A DNA stretch of 63,859 nucleotides, filler included, from Klebsormidium nitens (Eukaryota; Plantae; Klebsormidiophyceae), in assembly GCA_000708835.1 (NCBI GenBank). It is 5 parts of 5 records of this genome, joined end to end, with 100 filler letters (N's around TTAATTAATTAA, not from the genome) between each part and the next. Parts side by side here need not be neighbours in the genome. Positions count along the whole stretch, not along the records: positions 61,534 to 63,859 come from DF238713.1; 4 more parts are not named here. One strand, given 5' to 3'. The position numbers and the translations under genes are program-made. The notes below the pieces were generated by a model, which worked only from the letters and a program-made list of their open reading frames with translations, had not been told where the DNA came from and searched no databases. How positions within the stretch are numbered: position 1 is the stretch's first letter; each line of letters opens with the position of its first letter. Positions 61,535 to 63,859 of the stretch are shown piece after piece.

Positions 61535-63292
61535 AACGACATCAGGAGCGTTCCGGCTGCCGTCCCGCCGCTACCAAATGCTGGAGGCGTGCGAGGGGGC
61601 CGCCCCTCCTACGCGGCCAAGCAGGGGGGCGCCGACTTCATGTTCGACTACGGGTTCGCCTTCAGCCTGCGGCCTGCCGGAGCTTTTGCTCGAGGCGGAT
61701 TTGGCTCGACGTGCATTGGGTGCACGTGTGGCGGAAAGGGGGCGGTCTACGCTCGGGGGAGCGAGCCCTTCATCTGGGAGAGGAAACGAAATCGGGGTGG
61801 GGCACTCATTTGCCGGGGCGGATGTGGGCACCTTCTGTGCTTGCGGTGCGTAGAAGCCGAGTATGAAGCGGGGCGCCCCTTTGTCTCAAGCGCGAGCGGG
61901 TGCCCTGTTCCTCAGCAAGAGCTCTTCACCAAGTACGAAGCCTTCCCCGATTCGAAGGAGCTTCGAGCGGTACGGCCAGGGGAGGACGCAAGCGAGGGCG
62001 GCCATCAGTTCTTCGTTCAAAGACGAGATCTCGACCCATGTCCGCACTGTCGCAGCGAGCCCAAGGGGGCTGCCCCAGCAAGGCGTGGTGTCAAGCGAGC
62101 GCTTGAAGAAGGACCAAGCCCACGACAACTCGGCACGGTGGCGCTTCTCTCAGAGATGAGCCGAAGCAAGATCCCACCGATGGCTGTCGCCCCAGGCCTT
62201 TTCCTTGTGCCTCTACTCGATGACTCCAATGGGCGCCTTTTGGACATCTCAACGACGGATCGGGGCCTCGTCAATGTCCCTCGACTCGTCAAGGTTGACC
62301 ATATGGGCAGCTTTTGGTGCTTGTGCGGACAGAGGACGTGCCGGGACCACGACATGGCGTTTCTTGAGGAAACTCGGCTCATGGGCGGTTGGTGGCGGGG
62401 CGGAGACCCCATTTTCAAAGCCTTTGACGAAAGCCGCCCTTTCGTGCGGGAGATCACGAGCGGCGTGCCTTGGGTTTTGCCACTTGACCATGGGGGACGG
62501 TGCTTGGGGGGGGTGTTGCATGGGCCAGACGCGGAGGCGTGGAGAGGCGGGCCGCAGCTGCGGGTCTTTGTTGGGAGTGACCCTGGAGAGGAGCCCGTGG
62601 TCTGCGTGCTTGGAGGGGAGACTGCACACTGCAGCGGCGTCGACTGCTCGGGTTCGGAACGCTGCCGGCACCTTCTAAGGGTGCTCTCGAAGCAAACCTT
62701 GCCCCTGACAGAGCGCGCAATCGACAGTGGGTGCAAAAGCGAGGCAACGCGGGTTTATGCTGAGAGACGCGCCGAGAGAATCGCGCAACGGGAAGCGGGG
62801 GCAAGGATGCTCTTGGTCTGCAACGACCCCGTGTGCCGTCGGCCGGACTCGAAAGTCGAGTGCACCCATCAAAAGACTCTCGAGCCTTGGGAGTGTCTCT
62901 CGGCGGCGGCCCTCGACACGGGGCACAGCCACAAAAGGGTCGACACTGTCATGAGCCGGGGCGGAGCAAGTGTGACTTGCCTCTGTGAGCGTTGGGGCGA
63001 GGAGGGCGTGCGGCGGCGGGACAAGGCAAAGCACTTCTGCGCTCCAAGACCCATTGAAGTGCTCTCACCGTGCGGCCGCCCATGGCAGGTGGAGAGCAGG
63101 AAGGGGGCATTGACGATGGCGGGGGCGCGCTACGAGGTCACTACCTATCGAAGGGTCTGCCGCATCGCCCCAGGACGGGAGGCCGCTTGCTGCTCGGTAA
63201 TGTACGACGGTCAGATGGGTATCAACATCCAAATCAATTGCATTTGCAATTCTCTGTCCTCTCCAATCTGGCCATCGCTCTTCTACTTTTAG
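61535..63292 (+). CDS. Cys/His-rich protein, probable N-terminal part of a KDZ (Kyakuja-Dileera-Zisupton)-type transposase or derivative; 5' end in gap
   Basis: Frame is open from the gap edge (about 585 codons). Contains a CxxCxC..CxxxCxH..CxxC cluster, a SWIM-like CSGVDCSGSERCRH, and a C-terminal CGRPW...VTTYRRVC...CCSVMYDG resembling the CxC4-type cluster. No catalytic transposase domain is visible in the window. Confidence 0.55.
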   Translation, partial: NDIRSVPAAVPPLPNAGGVRGGRPSYAAKQGGADFMFDYGFAFSLRPAGAFARGGFGSTCIGCTCGGKGAVYARGSEPFIWERKRNRGGALICRGGCGHLLCLRCVEAEYEAGRPFVSSASGCPVPQQELFTKYEAFPDSKELRAVRPGEDASEGGHQFFVQRRDLDPCPHCRSEPKGAAPARRGVKRALEEGPSPRQLGTVALLSEMSRSKIPPMAVAPGLFLVPLLDDSNGRLLDISTTDRGLVNVPRLVKVDHMGSFWCLCGQRTCRDHDMAFLEETRLMGGWWRGGDPIFKAFDESRPFVREITSGVPWVLPLDHGGRCLGGVLHGPDAEAWRGGPQLRVFVGSDPGEEPVVCVLGGETAHCSGVDCSGSERCRHLLRVLSKQTLPLTERAIDSGCKSEATRVYAERRAERIAQREAGARMLLVCNDPVCRRPDSKVECTHQKTLEPWECLSAAALDTGHSHKRVDTVMSRGGASVTCLCERWGEEGVRRRDKAKHFCAPRPIEVLSPCGRPWQVESRKGALTMAGARYEVTTYRRVCRIAPGREAACCSVMYDGQMGINIQINCICNSLSSPIWPSLFYF

Positions 63293-63800
63293 CTCCACGG
63301 GCCTTTTTAAGACCTTGTGGCCCGTTATTCTCCTGAAGCGCTCTCAAAATAACGTTCCACTTGAGATAGTATCGTGCTTTATATGACGGTCTTGGATCCG
63401 GCACCCATGGCAGGCCGGAGAGATTACGGGTCTGGTACTTGCGCTGAGCATCCATTGTGGTCAAACAATCCAAAACGGTGTATCGCCTTCCAATACAATC
63501 ATCACAAACTGCGGCAGAAGAATGAGGAGGGAAAGGCCATCGAAAGCATAGATCGGTCTGCTTACATAACATACATTTTTGCATAGGATACACTTTTGTG
63601 CAAGGATGCGGACCTGGCAAAGGCATCTTTGTTGATTGTGGATAGTGGTGCAATGATGTTCCAATGTAAGCGTGTGCGTCCTTGCACGTACATGCGGCAT
63701 TTGAGAGGTCTTCAAGATCAAACATTCCATTGTCAGCAATGATGCTGAGCACGGACCCAAATTGTGCGTTTAAGTTCATGCCAATATTTGACATTTGCAC
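63234..63800 (-). CDS. Intronless F-box-like plus XPA-like (C4 zinc finger and XPA C-terminal-type) protein, 188 aa
   Basis: N-terminal VLSIIADNGMFDLEDLSNAACTCK (F-box-like). CMLC-x19-CDDC followed by LTTMDAQRKY..NLSGLP....P..KARYYL..NVILRAL..NNGPQGLKKAR, paralleling the XPA LITKTEAK.EY..L....NP..MKLYL..V..RSL..WG pattern. More AT-rich than the neighbouring ORF. Confidence 0.6.
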   Translation of the reverse strand: MQMSNIGMNLNAQFGSVLSIIADNGMFDLEDLSNAACTCKDAHAYIGTSLHHYPQSTKMPLPGPHPCTKVYPMQKCMLCKQTDLCFRWPFPPHSSAAVCDDCIGRRYTVLDCLTTMDAQRKYQTRNLSGLPWVPDPRPSYKARYYLKWNVILRALQENNGPQGLKKARGAKSRRAMARLERTENCKCN

Positions 63801-63859
63801 TAGCCTTTAAATGAAGAAGGCCATCTCAAACGCAATGATGATTGAATCTCTTGACTGCC

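Noticed and set aside
61863-63054. Several antisense and alternate-frame ORFs over the Cys-rich gene
   Set aside because: Shadow ORFs expected in GC-rich coding DNA; no recognisable motifs.

Overview
Eukaryotic, intron-rich genomic DNA from a green-lineage organism. My best guess is a streptophyte alga such as Klebsormidium; this is inferred from gene content and style, not from a database match. It is a draft scaffold with N gaps, four of which carry an artificial TTAATTAATTAA linker. Three host genes can be rebuilt exon by exon with GT-AG introns and consistent phases: a PH-domain DGAT1 (minus, 12 exons, 668 aa), CHLM (plus, 9 exons, 366 aa, head-to-head with DGAT1) and CHLP (minus, 7 exons, 521 aa). 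Two blocks (about 1-8.7 kb and 43.4-51.3 kb) are nested Ty1/Copia and Ty3/Gypsy debris, solo LTRs and a non-autonomous TIR element family. The least explained features are: (i) a 4.8-kb array at 11.8-16.6 kb of about 18 copies of a ~78-bp unit with a fixed-spacing 12-bp inverted repeat, interleaved with triplicated exon-like modules; (ii) a Cys-rich ORF resembling the N-terminus of a KDZ/Zisupton-type transposase, overlapping tail-to-tail an intronless F-box-like plus XPA-like ORF at the right end; (iii) a gene with RecQ-type RQC-like and HRDC segments but no visible helicase core. All family assignments come from motif recognition by eye; no searches were run.
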